Source: the human T2T-CHM13v2.0 reference genome, Homo sapiens
NCBI RefSeq assembly: GCF_009914755.1
Contig: NC_060940.1
Strand: one strand, 5' to 3'
DNA: 64,000 nucleotides
Positions 11,501 through 25,409 of the stretch are shown one piece after another. The position numbers and the translations under genes were made by a program. Numbering within the stretch: the stretch's first letter is position 1; every line of letters starts with the position of its first letter. A model generated the notes under the pieces. It saw nothing but the letters and a program-made list of their open reading frames with translations. It made no database searches and had not been told where the DNA came from.

Positions 11501-14500
11501 CTCAGTAACTTCCTTGTGTTGTGTGTATTCAACTGACAGAGTTGAACCTTCCTTTAGACAGAGCAGATTCGAAACACTCTTTTTCTGCAATTTGCAAGTG
11601 GAGACTTCAAGCGCTTTGAGGCCAAAGGCAGAAAAGGAAATATCTTCGTATAAAAACCCGACAGAATCATTCTCAGAAACTGCTCTGTGATGTGTGCGTT
11701 CAACTCACAGAGTTTAACTTTTCTTTTCATTCAGCAGTTTGGAAACACTCTGTTTGTAAAGTCTGCAAGTGGATATCTTGGCCTCTTAGAGGCCTTCGTT
11801 GGAAACGGGTTTTTTCATGTAAGGTTAGACAGAGGAATTCCCAGTAACTTCCTTGTGTTGTGTGCATTCAACTCACAGAGTTGAATGATTCTTTACACAG
11901 AGCAGTTTTGAGACACTCTTTTGGTGGAATTTGTAAGTGGAGAATTCAGCCGCTTTGAGGTCAACGGTAGAAAAGGAAATATCTTCGTATAAAAACTAGA
12001 CAGAATGATTCTCAGAAACTGTTTTGTGATGTGTGCGTTCAACTCACAGAATTTAACCTTTCTTTTCAAAGAGCAGTTAGGAAACACTCTGTAAAGTCTG
12101 CAAGTGGATATTCAGACCTCTTTGAGGCCTTCGTTGGAAACGGGATTTCTTCATATTATGCTAGACAGATGAATTCTCAGTAACTTCCTTGTGTTGTGTG
12201 TATTCAACTCACAGAGTTGAACGATCCTTTACACAGAGCAGATTTGAAACACTGTTTTTCTGGAATTTGCAAGTGGAGATTTCAGCCGCTTTGAGGTCAA
12301 TGGTAGAAAAGGAAATATCTTCGTATAAAAACTAGACAGAATGATTCTCAGAAACTCCTTTGTGATGTGTGCGTTCAACTCACAGGGTTTAACCTTTCTT
12401 TTCACAGAGCAGTTAGGAAACACTCTGTTTGTGAAGCCTGCCAGTGGATATTCGGACCTCTTTGAGGCCTTCGTTGGAAACGGGATTTCTTCATATTATG
12501 CTAGACAGAAGATTTCTCAGTAACTTCTTTGTGTTGTGTGTATGCAACTCACAGAGTTCAACCTTCCTTTAGACAGAGCAGATTTGAAACACTCTTTTTG
12601 TGGAATTTGCAAGTGGAGATTTCAAGCGCTTCGATGCCAATGGTAGAAAAGGAAATATCTTCGTATAAAAACAAGACAAACTCGTTCCCAGACACTGCGT
12701 AGTGATGTGTGTGTTTAACTCACAGAGTTTCACCTTTCTTTTCATACAGCATTCTGGAAACCCTCTGTTTGTAAAGTCTGCAAGTGGATATTTGGACCTC
12801 TTAGATGCCTTCGTTGCAAACGGGATTTCTTCATATAATGCTAGAGGGAAGAATTCTTAGTAACTTCTTTGTGTTGTGTGTATTCAACTGACAGAGTTGA
12901 ACCTTCCTTTAGACAGAGCAGATTTGAAAGTCTCTTTTTGTGGAATTTGCAAGTGGAGATTTCAAGCGCTTTGAGGCCAAAAGCAGAAAAGGAAATATTT
13001 TCCTATAAAAACTCGACAGAATCTTTCTCAGAAACTGCTCTGGGATGTGTGCGTTCAACTCACAGAGTTTAACTTTTCTTTTCATTCAGCAGTTTGGAAA
13101 CACTCTGTTTGGAAAGTCTGCACGTGGATATTTTGACCTCTTTGAGGCCTTCGTTGGAAACGGGTTTTTTTCATGTAAGGCTAGACAGAAGAAATCTCAG
13201 TAACTTCCTTGTGTTGTGTGTATTCAACTGACAGAGTTGAACCTTCCTTTAGACAGAGCAGATTCGAAACACTCTTTTTCTGCAATTTGCAAGTGGAGAC
13301 TTCAAGCGCTTTGAGGCCAAAGGCAGAAAAGGAAATATCTTCGTATAAAAACCCGACAGAATCATTCTCAGAAACTGCTCTGTGATGTGTGCGTTCAACT
13401 CACAGAGTTTAACTTTTCTTTTCATTCAGCAGTTTGGAAACACTCTGTTTGTAAAGTCTGCAAGTGGATATCTTGGCCTCTTAGAGGCCTTCGTTGGAAA
13501 CGGGTTTTTTCATGTAAGGTTAGACAGAGGAATTCCCAGTAACTTCCTTGTGTTGTGTGCATTCAACTCACAGAGTTGAATGATTCTTTACACAGAGCAG
13601 TTTTGAGACACTCTTTTGGTGGAATTTGTAAGTGGAGAATTCAGCCGCTTTGAGGTCAACGGTAGAAAAGGAAATATCTTCGTATAAAAACTAGACAGAA
13701 TGATTCTCAGAAACTGTTTTGTGATGTGTGCGTTCAACTCACAGAGTTTAACCTTTCTTTTCAAAGAGCAGTTAGGAAACACTCTGTTTGTAAAGTCTGC
13801 AAGTGGATATTCAGACCTCTTTGAGGCCTTCGTTGGAAACGGGATTTCTTCATATTATGCTAGACAGATGAATTCTCAGTAACTTCCTTGTGTTGTGTGT
13901 ATTCAACTCACAGAGTTGAACGATCCTTTACACAGAGCAGATTTGAAACACTGTTTTTCTGGAATTTGCAAGTGGAGATTTCAGCCGCTTTGAGGTCAAT
14001 GGTAGAAAAGGAAATATCTTCGTATAAAAACTAGACAGAATGATTCTCAGAAACTCCTTTGTGATGTGTGCGTTCAACTCACAGGGTTTAACCTTTCTTT
14101 TCACAGAGCAGTTAGGAAACACTCTGTTTGTGAAGCCTGCCAGTGGATATTCGGACCTCTTTGAGGCCTTCGTTGGAAACGGGATTTCTTCATATTATGC
14201 TAGACAGAAGATTTCTCAGTAACTTCTTTGTGTTGTGTGTATGCAACTCACAGAGTTCAACCTTCCTTTAGACAGAGCAGATTTGAAACACTCTTTTTGT
14301 GGAATTTGCAAGTGGAGATTTCAAGCGCTTCGATGCCAATGGTAGAAAAGGAAATATCTTCGTATAAAAACAAGACAAACTCGTTCCCAGACACTGCGTA
14401 GTGATGTGTGTGTTTAACTCACAGAGTTTCACCTTTCTTTTCATACAGCATTCTGGAAACCCTCTGTTTGTAAAGTCTGCAAGTGGATATTTGGACCTCT

Positions 14501-17500
14501 TAGATGCCTTCGTTGCAAACGGGATTTCTTCATATAATGCTAGAGGGAAGAATTCTTAGTAACTTCTTTGTGTTGTGTGTATTCAACTGACAGAGTTGAA
14601 CCTTCCTTTAGACAGAGCAGATTTGAAAGTCTCTTTTTGTGGAATTTGCAAGTGGAGATTTCAAGCGCTTTGAGGCCAAAAGCAGAAAAGGAAATATTTT
14701 CCTATAAAAACTCGACAGAATCTTTCTCAGAAACTGCTCTGGGATGTGTGCGTTCAACTCACAGAGTTTAACTTTTCTTTTCATTCAGCAGTTTGGAAAC
14801 ACTCTGTTTGGAAAGTCTGCACGTGGATATTTTGACCTCTTTGAGGCCTTCGTTGGAAACGGGTTTTTTTCATGTAAGGCTAGACAGAAGAAATCTCAGT
14901 AACTTCCTTGTGTTGTGTGTATTCAACTGACAGAGTTGAACCTTCCTTTAGACAGAGCAGATTCGAAACACTCTTTTTCTGCAATTTGCAAGTGGAGACT
15001 TCAAGCGCTTTGAGGCCAAAGGCAGAAAAGGAAATATCTTCGTATAAAAACCCGACAGAATCATTCTCAGAAACTGCTCTGTGATGTGTGCGTTCAACTC
15101 ACAGAGTTTAACTTTTCTTTTCATTCAGCAGTTTGGAAACACTCTGTTTGTAAAGTCTGCAAGTGGATATCTTGGCCTCTTAGAGGCCTTCGTTGGAAAC
15201 GGGTTTTTTCATGTAAGGTTAGACAGAGGAATTCCCAGTAACTTCCTTGTGTTGTGTGCATTCAACTCACAGAGTTGAATGATTCTTTACACAGAGCAGT
15301 TTTGAGACACTCTTTTGGTGGAATTTGTAAGTGGAGAATTCAGCCGCTTTGAGGTCAACGGTAGAAAAGGAAATATCTTCGTATAAAAACTAGACAGAAT
15401 GATTCTCAGAAACTGTTTTGTGATGTGTGCGTTCAACTCACAGAGTTTAACCTTTCTTTTCAAAGAGCAGTTAGGAAACACTCTGTAAAGTCTGCAAGTG
15501 GATATTCAGACCTCTTTGAGGCCTTCGTTGGAAACGGGATTTCTTCATATTATGCTAGACAGATGAATTCTCAGTAACTTCCTTGTGTTGTGTGTATTCA
15601 ACTCACAGAGTTGAACGATCCTTTACACAGAGCAGATTTGAAACACTGTTTTTCTGGAATTTGCAAGTGGAGATTTCAGCCGCTTTGAGGTCAATGGTAG
15701 AAAAGGAAATATCTTCGTATAAAAACTAGACAGAATGATTCTCAGAAACTCCTTTGTGATGTGTGCGTTCAACTCACAGGGTTTAACCTTTCTTTTCACA
15801 GAGCAGTTAGGAAACACTCTGTTTGTGAAGCCTGCCAGTGGATATTCGGACCTCTTTGAGGCCTTCGTTGGAAACGGGATTTCTTCATATTATGATAGAC
15901 AGAAGATTTCTCAGTAACTTCTTTGTGTTGTGTGTATGCAACTCACAGAGTTCAACCTTCCTTTAGACAGAGCAGATTTGAAACACTCTTTTTGTGGAAT
16001 TTGCAAGTGGAGATTTCAAGCGCTTCGATGCCAATGGTAGAAAAGGAAATATCTTCGTATAAAAACAAGACAAACTCGTTCCCAGACACTGCGTAGTGAT
16101 GTGTGTGTTTAACTCACAGAGTTTCACCTTTCTTTTCATACAGCATTCTGGAAACCCTCTGTTTGTAAAGTCTGCAAGTGGATATTTGGACCTCTTAGAT
16201 GCCTTCGTTGCAAACGGGATTTCTTCATATAATGCTAGAGGGAAGAATTCTTAGTAACTTCTTTGTGTTGTGTGTATTCAACTGACAGAGTTGAACCTTC
16301 CTTTAGACAGAGCAGATTTGAAAGTCTCTTTTTGTGGAATTTGCAAGTGGAGATTTCAAGCGCTTTGAGGCCAAAAGCAGAAAAGGAAATATTTTCCTAT
16401 AAAAACTCGACAGAATCTTTCTCAGAAACTGCTCTGGGATGTGTGCGTTCAACTCACAGAGTTTAACTTTTCTTTTCATTCAGCAGTTTGGAAACACTCT
16501 GTTTGGAAAGTCTGCACGTGGATATTTTGACCTCTTTGAGGCCTTCGTTGGAAACGGGTTTTTTTCATGTAAGGCTAGACAGAAGAAATCTCAGTAACTT
16601 CCTTGTGTTGTGTGTATTCAACTGACAGAGTTGAACCTTCCTTTAGACAGAGCAGATTCGAAACACTCTTTTTCTGCAATTTGCAAGTGGAGACTTCAAG
16701 CGCTTTGAGGCCAAAGGCAGAAAAGGAAATATCTTCGTATAAAAACCCGACAGAATCATTCTCAGAAACTGCTCTGTGATGTGTGCGTTCAACTCACAGA
16801 GTTTAACTTTTCTTTTCATTCAGCAGTTTGGAAACACTCTGTTTGTAAAGTCTGCAAGTGGATATCTTGGCCTCTTAGAGGCCTTCGTTGGAAACGGGTT
16901 TTTTCATGTAAGGTTAGACAGAGGAATTCCCAGTAACTTCCTTGTGTTGTGTGCATTCAACTCACAGAGTTGAATGATTCTTTACACAGAGCAGTTTTGA
17001 GACACTCTTTTGGTGGAATTTGTAAGTGGAGAATTCAGCCGCTTTGAGGTCAACGGTAGAAAAGGAAATATCTTCGTATAAAAACTAGACAGAATGATTC
17101 TCAGAAACTGTTTTGTGATGTGTGCGTTCAACTCACAGAGTTTAACCTTTCTTTTCAAAGAGCAGTTAGGAAACACTCTGTTTGTAAAGTCTGCAAGTGG
17201 ATATTCAGACCTCTTTGAGGCCTTCGTTGGAAACGGGATTTCTTCATATTATGCTAGACAGATGAATTCTCAGTAACTTCCTTGTGTTGTGTGTATTCAA
17301 CTCACAGAGTTGAACGATCCTTTACACAGAGCAGATTTGAAACACTGTTTTTCTGGAATTTGCAAGTGGAGATTTCAGCCGCTTTGAGGTCAATGGTAGA
17401 AAAGGAAATATCTTCGTATAAAAACTAGACAGAATGATTCTCAGAAACTCCTTTGTGATGTGTGCGTTCAACTCACAGGGTTTAACCTTTCTTTTCACAG

Positions 17501-20393
17501 AGCAGTTAGGAAACACTCTGTTTGTGAAGCCTGCCAGTGGATATTCGGACCTCTTTGAGGCCTTCGTTGGAAACGGGATTTCTTCATATTATGCTAGACA
17601 GAAGATTTCTCAGTAACTTCTTTGTGTTGTGTGTATGCAACTCACAGAGTTCAACCTTCCTTTAGACAGAGCAGATTTGAAACACTCTTTTTGTGGAATT
17701 TGCAAGTGGAGATTTCAAGCGCTTCGATGCCAATGGTAGAAAAGGAAATATCTTCGTATAAAAACAAGACAAACTCGTTCCCAGACACTGCGTAGTGATG
17801 TGTGTGTTTAACTCACAGAGTTTCACCTTTCTTTTCATACAGCATTCTGGAAACCCTCTGTTTGTAAAGTCTGCAAGTGGATATTTGGACCTCTTAGATG
17901 CCTTCGTTGCAAACGGGATTTCTTCATATAATGCTAGAGGGAAGAATTCTTAGTAACTTCTTTGTGTTGTGTGTATTCAACTGACAGAGTTGAACCTTCC
18001 TTTAGACAGAGCAGATTTGAAAGTCTCTTTTTGTGGAATTTGCAAGTGGAGATTTCAAGCGCTTTGAGGCCAAAAGCAGAAAAGGAAATATTTTCCTATA
18101 AAAACTCGACAGAATCTTTCTCAGAAACTGCTCTGGGATGTGTGCGTTCAACTCACAGAGTTTAACTTTTCTTTTCATTCAGCAGTTTGGAAACACTCTG
18201 TTTGGAAAGTCTGCACGTGGATATTTTGACCTCTTTGAGGCCTTCGTTGGAAACGGGTTTTTTTCATGTAAGGCTAGACAGAAGAAATCTCAGTAACTTC
18301 CTTGTGTTGTGTGTATTCAACTGACAGAGTTGAACCTTCCTTTAGACAGAGCAGATTCGAAACACTCTTTTTCTGCAATTTGCAAGTGGAGACTTCAAGC
18401 GCTTTGAGGCCAAAGGCAGAAAAGGAAATATCTTCGTATAAAAACCCGACAGAATCATTCTCAGAAACTGCTCTGTGATGTGTGCGTTCAACTCACAGAG
18501 TTTAACTTTTCTTTTCATTCAGCAGTTTGGAAACACTCTGTTTGTAAAGTCTGCAAGTGGATATCTTGGCCTCTTAGAGGCCTTCGTTGGAAACGGGTTT
18601 TTTCATGTAAGGTTAGACAGAGGAATTCCCAGTAACTTCCTTGTGTTGTGTGCATTCAACTCACAGAGTTGAATGATTCTTTACACAGAGCAGTTTTGAG
18701 ACACTCTTTTGGTGGAATTTGTAAGTGGAGAATTCAGCCGCTTTGAGGTCAACGGTAGAAAAGGAAATATCTTCGTATAAAAACTAGACAGAATGATTCT
18801 CAGAAACTGTTTTGTGATGTGTGCGTTCAACTCACAGAGTTTAACCTTTCTTTTCAAAGAGCAGTTAGGAAACACTCTGTTTGTAAAGTCTGCAAGTGGA
18901 TATTCAGACCTCTTTGAGGCCTTCGTTGGAAACGGGATTTCTTCATATTATGCTAGACAGATGAATTCTCAGTAACTTCCTTGTGTTGTGTGTATTCAAC
19001 TCACAGAGTTGAACGATCCTTTACACAGAGCAGATTTGAAACACTGTTTTTCTGGAATTTGCAAGTGGAGATTTCAGCCGCTTTGAGGTCAATGGTAGAA
19101 AAGGAAATATCTTCGTATAAAAACTAGACAGAATGATTCTCAGAAACTCCTTTGTGATGTGTGCGTTCAACTCACAGGGTTTAACCTTTCTTTTCACAGA
19201 GCAGTTAGGAAACACTCTGTTTGTGAAGCCTGCCAGTGGATATTCGGACCTCTTTGAGGCCTTCGTTGGAAACGGGATTTCTTCATATTATGCTAGACAG
19301 AAGATTTCTCAGTAACTTCTTTGTGTTGTGTGTATGCAACTCACAGAGTTCAACCTTCCTTTAGACAGAGCAGATTTGAAACACTCTTTTTGTGGAATTT
19401 GCAAGTGGAGATTTCAAGCGCTTCGATGCCAATGGTAGAAAAGGAAATATCTTCGTATAAAAACAAGACAAACTCGTTCCCAGACACTGCGTAGTGATGT
19501 GTGTGTTTAACTCACAGAGTTTCACCTTTCTTTTCATACAGCATTCTGGAAACCCTCTGTTTGTAAAGTCTGCAAGTGGATATTTGGACCTCTTAGATGC
19601 CTTCGTTGGAAACGGGATTTCTTCATATAATGCTAGAGGGAAGAATTCTTAGTAACTTCTTTTTGTTGTGTGTATTCAACTGACAGAGTTGAACCTTCCT
19701 TTAGACAGAGCAGATTTGAAAGTCTCTTTTTGTGGAATTTGCAAGTGGAGATTTCAAGCGCTTTGAGGCCAAAAGCAGAAAAGGAAATATTTTCCTATAA
19801 AAACTCGACAGAATCTTTCTCAGAAACTGCTCTGGGATGTGTGCGTTCAACTCACAGAGTTTAACTTTTCTTTTCATTCAGCAGTTTGGAAACACTCTGT
19901 TTGGAAAGTCTGCACGTGGATATTTTGACCTCTTTGAGGCCTTCGTTGGAAACGGGTTTTTTTCATGTAAGGCTAGACAGAAGAAATCTCAGTAACTTCC
20001 TTGTGTTGTGTGTATTCAACTGACAGAGTTGAACCTTCCTTTAGACAGAGCAGATTCGAAACACTCTTTTTCTGCAATTTGCAAGTGGAGACTTCAAGCG
20101 CTTTGAGGCCAAAGGCAGAAAAGGAAATATCTTCGTATAAAAACCCGACAGAATCATTCTCAGAAACTGCTCTGTGATGTGTGCGTTCAACTCACAGAGT
20201 TTAACTTTTCTTTTCATTCAGCAGTTTGGAAACACTCTGTTTGTAAATTCTGCAAGTGGATATCTTGGCCTCTTAGAGGCCTTCGTTGGAAACGGGTTTT
20301 TTCATGTAAGGTTAGACAGAGGAATTCCCAGTAACTTCCTTGTGTTGTGTGCATTCAACTCACAGAGTTGAATGATTCTTTACACAGAGCAGT
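5594..20393 (+). repeat. Homogenised block of near-identical HORs (copies 4-13) sharing diagnostic SNVs
   Basis: CACAGGGTTT (copies 4-12), GAGTTTCACC (4-12), TTCGTTGCAAACGGG (4-11) and GAGCAGTTTTGAG (6-13). Confidence 0.88.
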
Positions 20394-23300
20394 TTTGAGA
20401 CACTCTTTTGGTGGAATTTGTAAGTGGAGAATTCAGCCGCTTTGAGGTCAACGGTAGAAAAGGAAATATCTTCGTATAAAAACTAGACAGAATGATTCTC
20501 AGAAACTGTTTTGTGATGTGTGCGTTCAACTCACAGAGTTTAACCTTTCTTTTCAAAGAGCAGTTAGGAAACACTCTGTTTGTAAAGTCTGCAAGAGGAT
20601 ATTCAGACCTCTTTGAGGCCTTCGTTGGAAACGGGATTTCTTCATATTATGCTAGACAGATGAATTCTCAGTAACTTCCTTGTGTTGTGTGTATTCAACT
20701 CACAGAGTTGAACGATCCTTTACACAGAGCAGATTTGAAACACTGTTTTTCTGGAATTTGCAAGTGGAGATTTCAGCCGCTTTGAGGTCAATGGTAGAAA
20801 AGGAAATATCTTCGTATAAAAACTAGACAGAATGATTCTCAGAAACTCCTTTGTGATGTGTGCGTTCAACTCACAGAGTTTAACCTTTCTTTTCACAGAG
20901 CAGTTAGGAAACACTCTGTTTGTGAAGCCTGCCAGTGGATATTCGGACCTCTTTGAGGCCTTCGTTGGAAACGGGATTTCTTCATATTATGCTAGACAGA
21001 AGATTTCTCAGTAACTTCTTTGTGTTGTGTGTATGCAACTCACAGAGTTCAACCTTCCTTTAGACAGAGCAGATTTGAAACACTCTTTTTGTGGAATTTG
21101 CAAGTGGAGATTTCAAGCGCTTCGATGCCAATGGTAGAAAAGGAAATATCTTCGTATAAAAACAAGACAAACTCGTTCCCAGACACTGCGTAGTGATGTG
21201 TGTGTTTAACTCACAGAGTTTAACCTTTCTTTTCATACAGCATTCTGGAAACCCTCTGTTTGTAAAGTCTGCAAGTGGATATTTGGACCTCTTAGATGCC
21301 TTCGTTGGAAACCGGATTTCTTCATATAATGCTAGAGGGAAGAATTCTTAGTAACTTCTTTGTGTTGTGTGTATTCAACTGACAGAGTTGAACCTTCCTT
21401 TAGACAGAGCAGATTTGAAAGTCTCTTTTTGTGGAATTTGCAAGTGGAGATTTCAAGCGCTTTGAGGCCAAAAGCAGAAAAGGAAATATTTTCCTATAAA
21501 AACTAGACAGAATCTTTCTCAGAAACTGCTCTGGGATGTGTGCGTTCAACTCACAGAGTTTAACTTTTCTTTTCATTCAGCAGTTTGGAAACACTCTGTT
21601 TGGAAAGTCTGCACGTGGATATTTTGACCTCTTTGAGGCCTTCGTTGGAAACGGGTTTTTTTCATGTAAGGCTAGACAGAAGAAATCTCAGTAACTTCCT
21701 TGTGTTGTGTGTATTCAACTGACAGAGTTGAACCTTCCTTTAGACAGAGCAGATTCGAAACACTCTTTTTCTGCAATTTGCAAGTGGAGACTTCAAGCGC
21801 TTTGAGGCCAAAGGCAGAAAAGGAAATATCTTCGTATAAAAACCCGACAGAATCATTCTCAGAAACTGCTCTGTGATGTGTGCGTTCAACTCACAGAGTT
21901 TAACTTTTCTTTTCATTCAGCAGTTTGGAAACACTCTGTTTGTAAAGTCTGCAAGTGGATATCTTGGCCTCTTAGAGGCCTTCGTTGGAAACGGGTTTTT
22001 TCATGTAAGGTTAGACAGAGGAATTCCCAGTAACTTCCTTGTGTTGTGTGCATTCAACTCACAGAGTTGAATGATTCTTTACACAGAGCAGATTTGAGAC
22101 ACTCTTTTGGTGGAATTTGTAAGTGGAGAATTCAGCCGCTTTGAGGTCAACGGTAGAAAAGGAAATATCTTCGTATAAAAACTAGACAGAATGATTCTCA
22201 GAAACTGTTTTGTGATGTGTGCGTTCAACTCACAGAGTTTAACCTTTCTTTTCAAAGAGCAGTTAGGAAACACTCTGTTTGTAAAGTCTGCAAGTGGATA
22301 TTCAGACCTCTTTGAGGCCTTCGTTGGAAACGGGATTTCTTCATATTATGCTAGACAGATGAATTCTCAGTAACTTCCTTGTGTTGTGTGTATTCAACTC
22401 ACAGAGTTGAACGATCCTTTACACAGAGCAGATTTGAAACACTGTTTTTCTGGAATTTGCAAGTGGAGATTTCAGCCGCTTTGAGGTCAATGGTAGAAAA
22501 GAAAATATCTTCGTATAAAAACTAGACAGAATGATTCTCAGAAACTCCTTTGTGATGTGTGCGTTCAACTCACAGAGTTTAACCTTTCTTTTCACAGAGC
22601 AGTTAGGAAACACTCTGTTTGTGAAGCCTGCCAGTGGATATTCGGACCTCTTTGAGGCCTTCGTTGGAAACGGGATTTCTTCATATTATGCTAGACAGAA
22701 GATTTCTCAGTAACTTCTTTGTGTTGTGTGTATGCAACTCACAGAGTTCAACCTTCCTTTAGACAGAGCAGATTTGAAACACTCTTTTTGTGGAATTTGC
22801 AAGTGGAGATTTCAAGCGCTTCGATGCCAATGGTAGAAAAGGAAATATCTTCGTATAAAAACAAGACAAACTCGTTCCCAGACACTGCGTAGTGATGTGT
22901 GTGTTTAACTCACAGAGTTTAACCTTTCTTTTCATACAGCATTCTGGAAACCCTGTGTTTGTAAAGTCTGCAAGTGGATATTTGGACCTCTTAGATGCCT
23001 TCGTTGGAAACGGGATTTCTTCATATAATGCTAGAGGGAAGAATTCTTAGTAACTTCTTTGTGTTGTGTGTATTCAACTGACAGAGTTGAACCTTCCTTT
23101 AGACAGAGCAGATTTGAAAGTCTCTTTTTGTGGAATTTGCAAGTGGAGATTTCAAGCGCTTTGAGGCCAAAAGCAGAAAAGGAAATATTTTCCTATAAAA
23201 ACTCGACAGAATCTTTCTCAGAAACTGCTCTGGGATGTGTGCGTTCAACTCACAGAGTTTAACTTTTCTTTTCATTCAGCAGTTTGGAAACACTCTGTTT

Positions 23301-25409
23301 GGAAAGTCTGCACGTGGATATTTTGACCTCTTTGAGGCCTTCGTTGGAAACGGGTTTTTTTCATGTAAGGCTAGACAGAAGAAATCTCAGTAACTTCCTT
23401 GTGTTGTGTGTATTCAACTGACAGAGTTGAACCTTCCTTTAGACAGAGCAGATTCGAAACACTCTTTTTCTGCAATTTGCAAGTGGAGACTTCAAGCGCT
23501 TTGAGGCCAAAGGCAGAAAAGGAAATATCTTCGTATAAAAACCCGACAGAATCATTCTCAGAAACTGCTCTGTGATGTGTGCGTTCAACTCACAGAGTTT
23601 AACTTTTCTTTTCATTCAGCAGTTTGGAAACACTCTGTTTGTAAAGTCTGCAAGTGGATATCTTGGCCTCTTAGAGGCCTTCGTTGGAAGCGGGTTTTTT
23701 CATGTAAGGATAGACAGAGGAATTCCCAGTAACTTCCTTGTGTTGTATGCATTCAACTCACAGAGTTGAATGATTCTTTACACAGAGCAGATTTGAGACA
23801 CTCTTTTGGTGGAATTTGTAAGTGGAGAATTCAGCCGCTTTGAGGTCAACGGTAGAAAAGGAAATATCTTCGTATAAAAACTAGACAGAATGATTCTCAG
23901 AAACTGTTTTGTGATGTGTGCGTTCAACTCACAGAGTTTAACCTTTCTTTTCAAAGAGCAGTTAGGAAACACTCTGTTTGTAAAGTCTGCAAGTGGATAT
24001 TCAGACCTCTTTGAGGCCTTCGTTGGAAACGGGATTTCTTCATATTATGCTAGACAGATGAATTCTCAGTAACTTCCTTGTGTTGTGTGTATTCAACTCA
24101 CAGAGTTGAACGATCCTTTACACAGAGCAGATTTGAAACACTGTTTTTCTGGAATTTGCAAGTGGAGATTTCAGCCGCTTTGAGGTCAATGGTAGAAAAG
24201 GAAATATCTTCGTATAAAAACTAGACAGAATGATTCTCAGAAACTCCTTTGTGATGTGTGCGTTCAACTCACAGAGTTTAACCTTTCTTTTCACAGAGCA
24301 GTTAGGAAACACTCTGTTTGTGAAGCCTGCCAGTGGATATTCGGACCTCTTTGAGGCCTTCGTTGGAAACGGGATTTCTTCATATTATGCTAGACAGAAG
24401 ATTTCTCAGTAACTTCTTTGTGTTGTGTGTATGCAACTCACAGAGTTCAACCTTCCTTTAGACAGAGCAGATTTGAAACACTCTTTTTGTGGAATTTGCA
24501 AGTGGAGATTTCAAGCGCTTCGATGCCAATGGTAGAAAAGGAAATATCTTCGTATAAAAACAAGACAATCTCGTTCCCAGACACTGCGTAGTGATGTGTG
24601 TGTTTAACTCACAGAGTTTAACCTTTCTTTTCATACAGCATTCTGGAAACCCTGTGTTTGTAAAGTCTGCAAGTGGATATTTGGACCTCTTAGATGCCTT
24701 CGTTGGAAACGGGATTTCTTCATATAATGCTAGAGGGAAGAATTCTTAGTAACTTCTTTTTGTTGTGTGTATTCAACTGACAGAGTTGAACCTTCCTTTA
24801 GACAGAGCAGATTTGAAAGTCTCTTTTTGTGGAATTTGCAAGTGGAGATTTCAAGCGCTTTGAGGCCAAAAGCAGAAAAGGAAATATTTTCCTATAAAAA
24901 CTCGACAGAATCTTTCTCAGAAACTGCTCTGGGATGTGTGCGTTCAACTCACAGAGTTTAACTTTTCTTTTCATTCAGCAGTTTGGAAACACTCTGTTTG
25001 GAAAGTCTGCACGTGGATATTTTGACCTCTTTGAGGCCTTCGTTGGAAACGGGTTTTTTTCATGTAAGGCTAGACAGAAGAAATCTCAGTAACTTCCTTG
25101 TGTTGTGTGTATTCAACTGACAGAGTTGAACCTTCCTTTAGACAGAGCAGATTCGAAACACTCTTTTTCTGCAATTTGCAAGTGGAGACTTCAAGCGCTT
25201 TGAGGCCAAAGGCAGAAAAGGAAATATCTTCGTATAAAAACCCGACAGAATCATTCTCAGAAACTGCTCTGTGATGTGTGCGTTCAACTCACAGAGTTTA
25301 ACTTTTCTTTTCATTCAGCAGTTTGGAAACACTCTGTTTGTAAAGTCTGCAAGTGGATATCTTGGCCTCTTAGAGGCCTTCGTTGGAAGCGGGTTTTTTC
25401 ATGTAAGGA

